Source: a virus
Lineage: Duplodnaviria; Heunggongvirae; Uroviricota; Caudoviricetes
Direction: 5' to 3' (one strand)
Virus record (IMG/VR): IMGVR_UViG_3300029721_000142
Length of the DNA stretch: 12,070 bases
Of the stretch, positions 1 through 6,702 are shown piece by piece (positions within the stretch are counted from its first letter, which is position 1; each line of letters opens with the position of its first letter). Below the pieces are notes generated by a model. It did no database searches. It was not told where the DNA came from and saw nothing but the letters and a program-made list of their open reading frames with translations. A program made the position numbers and the translations under genes.

Positions 1-1230
1 ATGAGCAGAGCACTTAACAAACTGAGCGATACACAGCTGAGGAAAATCAACGGCACACCCGCCCAAAAAACAGCCTTTCTTAATGACGGTGGAAACCTGA
101 GCGTCAGGCATTCAACCAGTGGCCTTTTAACCTGGTATTTCACTTACAGGGCCGGAACGGGAAGGGGGGCACCACCGGAACGCATTAAGCTGGGAAATTA
201 TCCTGATCTGAGCCTGAAATCAGCCAGGGAAAAAGCCGCCCAGTGTCGCGCATGGCTGGCAGAGGGGAAAAATCCACGTCATGAAATGAATTACACCGTA
301 CAGGAAGCGTTAAAGCCGGTAACGGTTGGCGATGCGCTCACCTACTGGCTTGAGTCGTACGCAAAGGAAAACCGCGTGGATTATGCCGCCCTGAAAAAGC
401 GCCTTAATAATCACGTAATACAGCACATTGGTGCTATGCCGCTGGATAAATGCGAGCTACGGCACTGGCTGGCCTGTTTTGACCAGGTGGCAAAGCGAAC
501 GCCTGTTACTGCCGGATTCTTGCTACAGACGTGCAAACAGGCGCTTAAGTTCTGCCGGAGGCGGCGCTATGCAATCAGCAACGTTCTTGATGATATGAGT
601 GTGGCGGACGTTGGGAAAAAACCGGATATAAGCGAGCGCGTCTTAAGCACCAAAGAACTTGGCGAATTATTGCAGGCACTGGACAAAAAAATATTTTCCC
701 CTTACTACGTCGCACTAATCCGCCTCCTGATTGTTTTCGGATGCCGGACGGTAGAACTGAGGTTATCGGAGATCAGCGAGTGGGATTTTACCGAAATGCT
801 CTGGACCGTGCCGAAAGAACACAGCAAAACGAAGGTGGCAATATTCCGGCCCATACCGGAAGCAATACTGCCGTTCGTCACGCAGCTGGTGGAGCAGAAC
901 AGGCACACGGGCTTATTGCTGGGGGAAGTGAAACAGGAAACAAGCGTGTCGCAGTACGGCAGATTAGCGCACAGGAGGCTAAAACACCCTCACTGGTCAC
1001 TGCATGACATCCGGCGCACCTTTACAACCATGCTGAACGATTTAGGCGTTGATCCGCATGTCGTGGAGCAGCTTACAGGTCATCAGATGCCAGGGATGCA
1101 ACGAGTCTATAACCATTCCCGTTATCTGGATGCGAAACGTGACGCGCTGGATATGTGGACGGAGCGGTTAGGGATACTGGCGGGAACACATGAAAACGTA
1201 ACCACATTGCCAATAGCCAGAGAAATATAA
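1..1230 (+). CDS. int: Tyrosine recombinase / integrase, P4-type
   Basis: 409-aa ORF. C-terminal catalytic region carries the tyrosine-recombinase signature (LHDIRRTF ... LTGHQMPGMQRVYNHSRY, i.e. His-x-x-Arg then the Tyr nucleophile region). N-terminal ~80 aa (LSVRHSTSGLLTWYFTYR) resemble the arm-binding domain of P4-family integrases. Position at the island edge fits. Family assignment from recalled signatures. Confidence 0.9.
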   Translation: MSRALNKLSDTQLRKINGTPAQKTAFLNDGGNLSVRHSTSGLLTWYFTYRAGTGRGAPPERIKLGNYPDLSLKSAREKAAQCRAWLAEGKNPRHEMNYTVQEALKPVTVGDALTYWLESYAKENRVDYAALKKRLNNHVIQHIGAMPLDKCELRHWLACFDQVAKRTPVTAGFLLQTCKQALKFCRRRRYAISNVLDDMSVADVGKKPDISERVLSTKELGELLQALDKKIFSPYYVALIRLLIVFGCRTVELRLSEISEWDFTEMLWTVPKEHSKTKVAIFRPIPEAILPFVTQLVEQNRHTGLLLGEVKQETSVSQYGRLAHRRLKHPHWSLHDIRRTFTTMLNDLGVDPHVVEQLTGHQMPGMQRVYNHSRYLDAKRDALDMWTERLGILAGTHENVTTLPIAREI

Positions 1231-1255
1231 TTTTTTTTGCGATTTTTCAGGATGC

Positions 1256-1315
1256 GGACAACGTGAAACAACGAGACACAACGACGAACAACAAGGAACA
1301 AAATGGAACAACGGG
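1256..1315. repeat. Six tandem 10-bp repeats (ggacaacgtg / aaacaacgag / acacaacgac / gaacaacaag / gaacaaaatg / gaacaacggg; core RAACAAC) just downstream of int
   Basis: Seen directly: strict 10-bp periodicity over 60 bp, one helical turn per repeat, followed by an AT-rich stretch up to alpA. Candidate protein-binding array (integrase arm sites, AlpA or host factor sites). Confidence 0.6.
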
Positions 1316-1595
1316 TTAAAAATCAGCCATCGTAATAACCATTTGATTTTTATAGGTGTACTGTTTTTTTATACACTGGCGAATTACTCTTAAAAATATG
1401 TAAAAAAGGCGTAAAAGTAAAATTTTATGCCTTTGCATCATAATGAATTAAAAGAGTTTTTATTCTCATTCCCCCTGCTTCTGTAAAACGACCGCCGCCA
1501 GTGTTTGCCATTCCACAAACACCCTGACACAATCCGACACAACCCAACCCAATAATCCACCCAATGACTCTTTAAGAAACAACAAAGGGGGAATT

Positions 1596-1784
1596 GTGTT
1601 AAGCACAGATCGCTTTATACGTGAAAAAGAATGTCAGCAACTTACAGGCCTGAGCCGCTCATGTCGGTACCGCCTGGAAAAAGCCGGACAATTCCCATCA
1701 CGGCGTAAGCTGGGCGGTCGTTCCGTTGGCTGGTCTTTATCCGAAGTTCTGGCATGGAAGGACAGCTGCGAGGCAGTTCACTAA
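1596..1784 (+). CDS. alpA: AlpA-family phage transcriptional regulator (small HTH, excisionase-like)
   Basis: 62-aa ORF with GTG start at 1596 and RBS aaaggggga upstream. The sequence LTGLSRSCRYRLEKAGQFPSRRKLGGRSVGWSLSEVLAWK matches the AlpA family pattern (ITGLSRST.YRL...G.FP....LG.R.V.W...E...W). Position immediately after int is typical of P4-like elements and Gram-negative PICIs. Confidence 0.85.
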   Translation: MLSTDRFIREKECQQLTGLSRSCRYRLEKAGQFPSRRKLGGRSVGWSLSEVLAWKDSCEAVH

Positions 1785-1836
1785 TCAGGCTGGCGGCACA
1801 CAGCCGCCACCCATCCACTAATACAGAGATCTAACC

Positions 1837-2212
1837 ATGAATACTGGATATTCTCCCGAACAAGGGCGGGGCTTCGTTCGTCCTGAAAAACAGAATCTGC
1901 AAAATTTTGCCGAAATTATTCCGGTTATTTCCGGCCTTACTGGCGGGAGTGAAACCAATATTGCTAACGCCAGAGCGTTGCAGATGTTTGATGATAAAAA
2001 GGGAGTAAATTTAACTTACACCCCTGACGGCAATCAGAATATGAGCATTATCTCTGAGTCAGGTTTCTACAAACTAATAAAAACAAAAAGCGCCCCGTTG
2101 CCGGAGCGCCTTTGTGAACAATTAACCTACTGCGCAAAAAATGAATCTGAGCAGTGGGATTATATCAACCATGTGGAGAAGCGCCACAATTGCCGAATAA
2201 CGGGCAAAACAA
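1837..2212 (+). pseudogene. Protein-like 5' part of a 423-codon ORF (1837..3108); probable 3'-truncated gene remnant, possibly with a Bro-N/antirepressor-like fragment
   Basis: The first ~125 codons have normal protein composition (ISESGFYKLIKTKSAPLPERL is faintly Bro-N-like). From about 2212 to 2922 the same frame becomes Cys/Ser/Arg-rich nonsense while the opposite strand holds two well-formed small genes and a terminator. The frame reopens as a plausible small gene only at 2923. No in-frame stop exists before 3108. Confidence 0.3.
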
Positions 2213-2233
2213 AGGCCACCCGCTACGGTGGCC
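2201..2233 (-). terminator. Rho-independent terminator for the minus-strand two-gene operon
   Basis: Perfect 7-bp stem GGCCACC / GGTGGCC (2214-2220 and 2227-2233) with a 6-nt loop. On the minus strand it is followed by TTTGTTTTG. It lies about 80 nt downstream of the 62-aa gene stop. Confidence 0.5.
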
Positions 2234-2312
2234 CCTCGACACAAGCTACACGTTATCCCCAACGCATGAGCATTGCCAACAATGCCACATTTGCGGCTGG
2301 TGGGCAATGCAA

Positions 2313-2501
2313 TCAGTCTGGTTCAGTTCGTTGCCATACCTGCAATGAGCGCTTTTCCCTGTACTCTTTAAGGAATTGCTCAAGGGCAAAAGCACATGGC
2401 GCGAATCTTTCTGATTCATGCTCTATCTTTCTGCGCCGTCTTTTCCGTGCCGGTGATAATGTTTTGGTCAATTCTTTATCGGTCATTGTGTTGTCCTGCA
2501 T
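2313..2501 (-). CDS. Small basic protein (62 aa), downstream partner of the RHH gene; function unknown
   Basis: ORF in the same frame and operon as the RHH gene. Contains an arginine/lysine cluster (ARKRRRRK) followed by a predicted helical segment. An alternative start exists at the second Met (MTDKEL...). Confidence 0.45.
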   Translation of the reverse strand: MQDNTMTDKELTKTLSPARKRRRRKIEHESERFAPCAFALEQFLKEYREKRSLQVWQRTEPD

Positions 2502-2543
2502 AGCAATGCGCCGTAGTTCCTCACACCACGGCGCTGATGGTGA

Positions 2544-2723
2544 TTACTCTGGTTCTTTGGCCTTGCGCCGCTGGCGATATTCAACTTCTCGTTTTAATGC
2601 CGCAGTAACAAATTGCCCCGTACTTTCGCCAGGCATTTTTACCGCCTCAACATTGTTCATAACTTCATGCGGAACCCTTGCCGCAACGGTTTGTGATTTT
2701 GCGTTTACTGCTTTTGTCGCCAT
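2544..2723 (-). CDS. Ribbon-helix-helix (CopG/Arc/MetJ-like) DNA-binding protein, 59 aa; candidate repressor or antitoxin
   Basis: Hand-translated from the minus strand (below the ORF-track size cutoff): MATKAVNAKSQTVAARVPHEVMNNVEAVKMPGESTGQFVTAALKREVEYRQRRKAKEPE. Layout is beta strand (TVAARVP), helix A, loop, helix B, typical of RHH proteins. RBS GAGGGG sits 7 nt upstream of the ATG and an in-frame stop lies 5 codons upstream. It faces the operator cluster at 2773-2826. Confidence 0.65.
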   Translation of the reverse strand: MATKAVNAKSQTVAARVPHEVMNNVEAVKMPGESTGQFVTAALKREVEYRQRRKAKEPE

Positions 2724-2772
2724 GTGGTGTACCCCTCATAAAAAACAAATGCAGTATGCAGGAAAAAAAATA

Positions 2773-2826
2773 AGTGTTCAACACTTGACGTGTTTAACAC
2801 CTGGGTTTAAATTGGTGTTCAACACC
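2773..2826. promoter_or_regulatory. Operator cluster: three copies of the palindrome GTGTT(C/T)AACAC overlapping divergent promoters
   Basis: Seen directly: aGTGTTcAACACt (2773-2785), GTGTTtAACAC (2790-2800), gGTGTTcAACACc (2814-2826). A plus-strand promoter candidate is TTGACG (2785-2790), 17-nt spacer, TAAATT (2808-2813). A minus-strand promoter candidate is TTGAAC, 17-nt spacer, CATACT upstream of the RHH gene. Operators overlap the -35, spacer and +1 regions. Confidence 0.6.
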
Positions 2827-2922
2827 TTGTTGGCGCAAGGTGCAGAAACGACGAAACCCGGCAGTGCGCTAACACTAACCGGGCTTCTAACCACCAACGA
2901 TAGCGAAAGTATCGAGGTAGCT

Positions 2923-3108
2923 ATGAGAAATCATACCACACACCCGCAAGGGCGGGACTCGCACGACCTGAATAAATACATCTGGCGTTTTATCGCCCTG
3001 AGCACGGCACAACCGCGCGTGATTACCATCGAGGCCACCAGCGAACAGGAAGCGCGTCAGCAATCTCCTGATGGCTGCGTGATGGTATTCGCTGCCCGTA
3101 TTCGCTAG
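2923..3108 (+). CDS. Small protein (61 aa), tentatively Icd-like/Ash-region-like; first gene of the early operon
   Basis: ATG at 2923 with RBS GAGGT 5 nt upstream. Protein MRNHTTHPQGRDSHDLNKYIWRFIALSTAQPRVITIEATSEQEARQQSPDGCVMVFAARIR. The ATSE.EAR....FAAR motif resembles small Icd-like proteins found upstream of replication genes in P4-like prophages (from memory, unverified). Confidence 0.45.
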   Translation: MRNHTTHPQGRDSHDLNKYIWRFIALSTAQPRVITIEATSEQEARQQSPDGCVMVFAARIR

Positions 3109-3118
3109 GGGGTAGGCC

Positions 3119-3340
3119 ATGTGCAATAAAACCACACCGGACGCAGCAGCCGCCGCGCTCACTACGCTGATGCACGCGCTTATTGATATTGAATGCACGG
3201 CAGAGCTTGCGCAGGGAGAAGAACAGAAAGACCGGACAACGTTCGCCCAGGAATGTATCCGATACATCGCAACGCGGTCACTGAATGACGCTAAAAATAT
3301 TCTTGTTGCCGATTGTGAAAATGGGGGGGGTTATGCGTGA
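3119..3340 (+). CDS. Hypothetical protein (73 aa)
   Basis: ORF with RBS gggggtagg upstream, tightly packed in the early operon. The C-terminus runs through a G8 homopolymer and overlaps the next gene by 8 nt. Confidence 0.5.
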   Translation: MCNKTTPDAAAAALTTLMHALIDIECTAELAQGEEQKDRTTFAQECIRYIATRSLNDAKNILVADCENGGGYA

Positions 3341-3554
3341 TGATCGTTTTAATTCCCTGAAACAGGAATTTTCCGGCGTTCCTGATGATGCGGCTGATGC
3401 GCTTTCGTCAATGCCAGAGCTTATTAGAGCGGCTTTTTTCTTACTTTCCACGAGAGAATATAAATCAACGGGGCTTGATGTACTGAATATCGCCGCCGAT
3501 TATGCTGATTTCGTGACAGAGGTTATTTTAAGAAAAACGACGGACGGGGATTAA
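3333..3554 (+). CDS. Hypothetical protein (73 aa; MRDDRFNSLKQEF...)
   Basis: The ORF track starts this frame at 3285, but the ATG at 3333 directly follows the G8 tract (RBS-like) and avoids a long overlap with the upstream gene. Start choice is an inference. Confidence 0.5.
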   Translation: MRDDRFNSLKQEFSGVPDDAADALSSMPELIRAAFFLLSTREYKSTGLDVLNIAADYADFVTEVILRKTTDGD

Positions 3555-3555
3555 T

Positions 3556-3789
3556 ATGCGTGATATTTACCACGAAACAATAGACCGCGCATTTCTTGCA
3601 CTTTCTCACAGTGAAAACATGCTGGAAATATTGCGCATATGGCTTGAAACACTTGGCGACAATGAACGCGACAAACAAAAATCAAGAATTGCCACGGCAT
3701 TAATAACGCTTCTTGAGCCTGTAATAATGGAACTGCAAGAAATAGATCTATTGCACGACAGATATAAAGAACAGCACACCGGAGAATAA
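3556..3789 (+). CDS. Hypothetical protein (77 aa)
   Basis: ORF starting 2 nt after the previous stop, with protein-like helical composition. No family recognised. Confidence 0.55.
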   Translation: MRDIYHETIDRAFLALSHSENMLEILRIWLETLGDNERDKQKSRIATALITLLEPVIMELQEIDLLHDRYKEQHTGE

Positions 3790-3794
3790 AAATA

Positions 3795-4094
3795 ATGAAA
3801 CTTAAATATTCTGGCTTAACTGCCAGTGGCAACACTCACCCTAAATTTACGCGCGGTGATATTTACCGCGACCAGTACGGCGGCACGGTAATGATTAAGG
3901 GCGTGGAAGAACGGCGCGTAACCTACCGCCGTGAAGGTTACGAATATGATTGCGTGATGCCTGTTTATCAGTTCCGGCGTGATTTTTCTCTGGTACAGAC
4001 CGCGCCGCATAACGTGCCCACCAGCAACGCCAGGGCACGGGCAAACATCCAGAAGCTGAAAACCATGATTAACGGATTCAGGGGCAAGAAATGA
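3795..4094 (+). CDS. Hypothetical protein (99 aa)
   Basis: ORF whose stop overlaps the rep start (ATGA at 4091-4094), implying translational coupling. No family recognised with confidence. Confidence 0.55.
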   Translation: MKLKYSGLTASGNTHPKFTRGDIYRDQYGGTVMIKGVEERRVTYRREGYEYDCVMPVYQFRRDFSLVQTAPHNVPTSNARARANIQKLKTMINGFRGKK

Positions 4095-5491
4095 AAAGCG
4101 CACCGAACTTAAAAAAACAGCCTTACGACAAGATGACCGAAGTCATTATTTTTGCGGGTAGTGATGCCTGGGCACATGCGAAACAGTGGCAGGAACAGGA
4201 CGGGCGACTGGCTGGCGATAATGTGCCTCCCGTTGTGCTGGCTGATGATCAACTGGATGAACTGGCAGACCTGAGAATCATCGACGAGGGGCGCTATTGT
4301 GTCCGGCTGTACAAGGCAGGCCACATCAGGCCATCAAATATTAATGCCATTGCGCACAAGCTGGCGGCGGCGGGTGTAACTGATGCGAATTATTACCCCG
4401 AAGGGATGCACAGCCATATGCGGGAGAACTGGCGCGAATACCTGGAACGGGTGCGCGGGAAAGAGCCGGTGGAAGAAAAAAACCACCAGCGAAAAACCAC
4501 GCTACCGATGAGCGTTGGATCTACCGGATACGACACGCAACTGGATTACGTGGTTAAGGGGATTATTCCGGCGGTATCGCTATGCAGCATATACGGGGCT
4601 AGCGGGTCCTATAAATCATTCCTTGCCGGATCGTGGGCGTGCCATGTTGCCACTGGTCGCCAGTGGGGAGGCCGCAGGGTTGCACATGGTGCGGTTCTCT
4701 ATGTGGTTGGTGAAGGCGGTATAGGTGTTCCGCGTCGTGTAAAAGCCTGGGAGGTTGTGCACGATGAGCAGGTGAAAAATCTGTATCTGGTAAACCGCCC
4801 CATCTTTCCGGCTGCCCCGCTTGATGTTGATGAAATGGTTATCGCTGCCCGTCAGGTGGAGCGGGAAACGGGTAAACCTGTACGCATGATTATTCTGGAT
4901 ACGCTGGCGCGTTGCTTTGGTGGGAATGATGAAAATGATTCCCGTGATATGGGGGCGTTTATCCGTGGTTGTGACGAACTGAAACGACGCACAGGGGCCA
5001 CGGTGCTGGTGGTTCACCATTCCGGCAAGGATGAGACGAAAGGCGCGCGCGGTTCCAGTGCATTTCGTGCTTCGCTGGATGCTGAATACCGGATACGCAG
5101 GGAGGACGCAGGAAGCGAAGCGCTGGTTATCTCATGCACCAAAATGAAGGACGCGGAGGAACTCAAAGAAGCCGCATATGACTTACGCGTGGTGGAGCTT
5201 TTTACCGACGCTGACGGTGAATTAATCACGTCGCTGGTGGTGGTGGATGATCCGCGCCCTCCTGTTGAACTGGAGCGCATCGAGGAGGCAGGGAACAAGA
5301 CGGAAAACCATACCGCGCTATGGGGGTGCATCCGTTCACGCACACAGAACGGCGACAAGTGCACGATCCCGCTGTTACGTGATGACATGAAAAAGCTGGG
5401 GTATGAAATGAAAAACTTCCGGCGCTGGCTGTACAAGCTGGAAAAAGATGGGGTTATTCGTATCGATGGGGATGATGTAGCGCCGCTATAA
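4091..5491 (+). CDS. Replication protein: RecA-fold RepA/DnaB-like ATPase (AAA_25 type) with an N-terminal TOPRIM-like region
   Basis: 466 aa. P-loop IYGASGSYKSFLAG, Walker B MIILDTLARC, and the RepA-type motif VLVVHHSGKDETKGARGSSAFRASLD. N-terminal EVIIFAGSDAWAHA ... PVVLADDQLDE is suggestive of a TOPRIM-like domain (inference). Followed immediately by an iteron array. Confidence 0.8.
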   Translation: MKSAPNLKKQPYDKMTEVIIFAGSDAWAHAKQWQEQDGRLAGDNVPPVVLADDQLDELADLRIIDEGRYCVRLYKAGHIRPSNINAIAHKLAAAGVTDANYYPEGMHSHMRENWREYLERVRGKEPVEEKNHQRKTTLPMSVGSTGYDTQLDYVVKGIIPAVSLCSIYGASGSYKSFLAGSWACHVATGRQWGGRRVAHGAVLYVVGEGGIGVPRRVKAWEVVHDEQVKNLYLVNRPIFPAAPLDVDEMVIAARQVERETGKPVRMIILDTLARCFGGNDENDSRDMGAFIRGCDELKRRTGATVLVVHHSGKDETKGARGSSAFRASLDAEYRIRREDAGSEALVISCTKMKDAEELKEAAYDLRVVELFTDADGELITSLVVVDDPRPPVELERIEEAGNKTENHTALWGCIRSRTQNGDKCTIPLLRDDMKKLGYEMKNFRRWLYKLEKDGVIRIDGDDVAPL

Positions 5492-5682
5492 AAGTGAGGA
5501 GCAAAAGCGAGGGGGATAGAAAGAGGGCCAAAATTAGCCCGCTCTCCCTCACTTTTCGACCTGTATACATCCTCAAAAGTGAGGGGTAAAAAAATACTTA
5601 TGAAACACACACATAGAAAAACCGAAAATCCCAACTGCGACGAAGTGAGACGCTTGAAAAAGTGAGGCGAAAAAGTGAGAGG
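5491..5682. repeat. Putative origin of replication: iteron array of AAGTGAG(G/A) repeats around an AT-rich core
   Basis: Seen directly: AAAGTGAGG (5491-5499), variant AAAGCGAGGGG (5504-5514), inverted CCCTCACTTTT (5546-5556), AAAAGTGAGGGG (5575-5586), GAAGTGAGA (5642-5650), AAAAAGTGAGG (5657-5667), AAAAGTGAGAGG (5671-5682). An AT-rich stretch lies at 5587-5630. Iterons directly downstream of rep are the usual ori arrangement in PICI/SaPI-type elements. Confidence 0.55.
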
Positions 5683-5691
5683 TTGCGAGAA

Positions 5692-5943
5692 ATGACCCAA
5701 AAACGCAGAGACAGAACAGAGCCAAAATATAAAGCGTTAGACATGACTGAGCACACCTTAAAGGTGGCAATCAGAACGATAGACCGCCACACGCGGGAAG
5801 GATACGCGAAGGAACATCCCGACCTGATAAGCGCATTCATGACCACGGCGGCGGCAAACTTTGCCACGCTGACAGAACGGGAGATTGCCGAAGCGGAACA
5901 GGTAACAACCATCAACGTTAAAACCGGAGAGGTGGAATCATGA
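5692..5943 (+). CDS. Hypothetical protein (83 aa)
   Basis: ATG at 5692 with RBS GAGAGG upstream. The ORF-track start at 5662 lies inside the iterons. The stop overlaps the ssb start (ATGA). Confidence 0.5.
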   Translation: MTQKRRDRTEPKYKALDMTEHTLKVAIRTIDRHTREGYAKEHPDLISAFMTTAAANFATLTEREIAEAEQVTTINVKTGEVES

Positions 5944-6350
5944 CAGCACAGATAGCCGCTTACGGGCGGCTGGTGGACGACCCGCAGGTAAAACAGACCA
6001 GCAAGGGCACACCGATGACGCTGGCGCGTATGGCGGTCCCCCTTCCGTGCAGCCAGGCAGATGACGGAACGGCGACGATGTGGTTATCCGTCCTGGCATT
6101 TGGCAGACAGGCCGAAGCACTGGAAAGGCACCGCAAGGGTGAACTCCTGAGCGTGGCGGGTAACATGCAGATCAGCCAGTGGACTGGGCAGAACGGAGAA
6201 ACGCGGCAGGGTTATCAGGTTATTGCAGACAGCGTAATCAGTGCCCGTGCGGCACGTCCTGGCGGGAACAGACGCAAAACCACAGGCACACAGGGTAATC
6301 AGCTACCAGCGGGAGGCGATGACCCTTACGGTGATGATATTCCGTTCTGA
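5940..6350 (+). CDS. ssb: Single-stranded DNA-binding protein (phage-type SSB)
   Basis: 136 aa. OB-fold-like core (IAAYGRLVDDPQVKQTSKG ... WLSVLAFGRQAE ... GELLSVAGNMQISQWTGQNGETRQGYQVIADSV), a Gly/Gln-rich linker, and the hallmark acidic C-terminal tail DDIPF. Confidence 0.9.
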   Translation: MTAQIAAYGRLVDDPQVKQTSKGTPMTLARMAVPLPCSQADDGTATMWLSVLAFGRQAEALERHRKGELLSVAGNMQISQWTGQNGETRQGYQVIADSVISARAARPGGNRRKTTGTQGNQLPAGGDDPYGDDIPF

Positions 6351-6360
6351 GGGGGTGAGG

Positions 6361-6609
6361 ATGGTACATGACCGCATAGCGGAGGAACTCGAGGCAAAAG
6401 GCTTTTACCGGAGGGCGGCGGCACGATGGGGTGAAGTCATGCAACTGGTGGAGACAGACAAGGAACGGCATCAGGTTACGATGCGACGGCTGGAATGTTC
6501 CAGGAAGGCACAGAGGCCACCGGAGCCGCCAACGGAGAACTATGCAGACCTGAGAAATGCAGTAAATCGCACTTACGCAGACATGGGGCTGAGCAAATTA
6601 GCAGAGTAG
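6361..6609 (+). CDS. PerC-family-like transcriptional regulator (82 aa)
   Basis: ATG at 6361 after RBS gaggggg; the ORF-track start at 6241 overlaps ssb and is rejected. The N-terminus MVHDRIAEELEAKGFYRRAAARWGEVM matches my recollection of the PerC family signature (LE.KGLYRRAA.RW). Last gene before the double terminator. Confidence 0.55.
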   Translation: MVHDRIAEELEAKGFYRRAAARWGEVMQLVETDKERHQVTMRRLECSRKAQRPPEPPTENYADLRNAVNRTYADMGLSKLAE

Positions 6610-6632
6610 GAATACCAGAACCACACCACACA

Positions 6633-6654
6633 GCCGGAGCAATCCGGCTTTTTT
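6633..6654 (+). terminator. Rho-independent terminator (GCCGGA gcaa TCCGGC + T6)
   Basis: Seen directly: 6-bp GC stem, 4-nt loop, six T residues, 24 nt after the PerC-like stop. Confidence 0.7.
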
Positions 6655-6660
6655 GCGCCC

Positions 6661-6702
6661 AAAAAAAGCCCGATAAGGTCAGAGGTGGCTTATCGGGCTT
6701 TT
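6661..6702. terminator. Second, bidirectional-type terminator (A7, GCCCGATAAG, 11-nt loop, CTTATCGGGC, T4)
   Basis: Seen directly: 10-bp perfect stem flanked by an A-run and a T-run. Tandem with the previous terminator, separating the early and late operons. Confidence 0.65.

Noticed and set aside
705-1007. ORFs 705..908 (minus) and 741..1007 (plus) inside the integrase gene
   Set aside because: Embedded in alternative frames of a confidently identified integrase; composition not protein-like.
2122-2348. ORFs 2122..2307 (minus) and 2154..2348 (plus)
   Set aside because: Cys/His-rich implausible proteins with no RBS; the region is better explained by the minus-strand terminator and the 3' UTR of the RHH operon.
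2313-2723. Calling the RHH + 62-aa pair a definite toxin-antitoxin system
   Set aside because: The 62-aa partner does not resemble RelE/ParE, CcdB or MazF folds that I can recognise and is small and highly basic. Retained only as a hypothesis.
2887-3267. 126-aa minus-strand ORF overlapping the Icd-like and following gene
   Set aside because: Low-complexity (Ala/Ser/Cys-rich) translation antisense to two plausible plus-strand genes with good RBSs.
3551-4103. Minus-strand ORFs 3551..3835 and 3816..4103
   Set aside because: Antisense to the tightly coupled plus-strand early operon; no independent support.
5014-5700. 228-aa minus-strand ORF antisense to rep and the iterons
   Set aside because: Ser/Thr-rich low-complexity translation, no RBS context, fully overlaps a well-supported plus-strand gene; an antisense shadow ORF. 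The same applies to 4616..5020, 4109..4324, 5573..5770 and 5598..5915.
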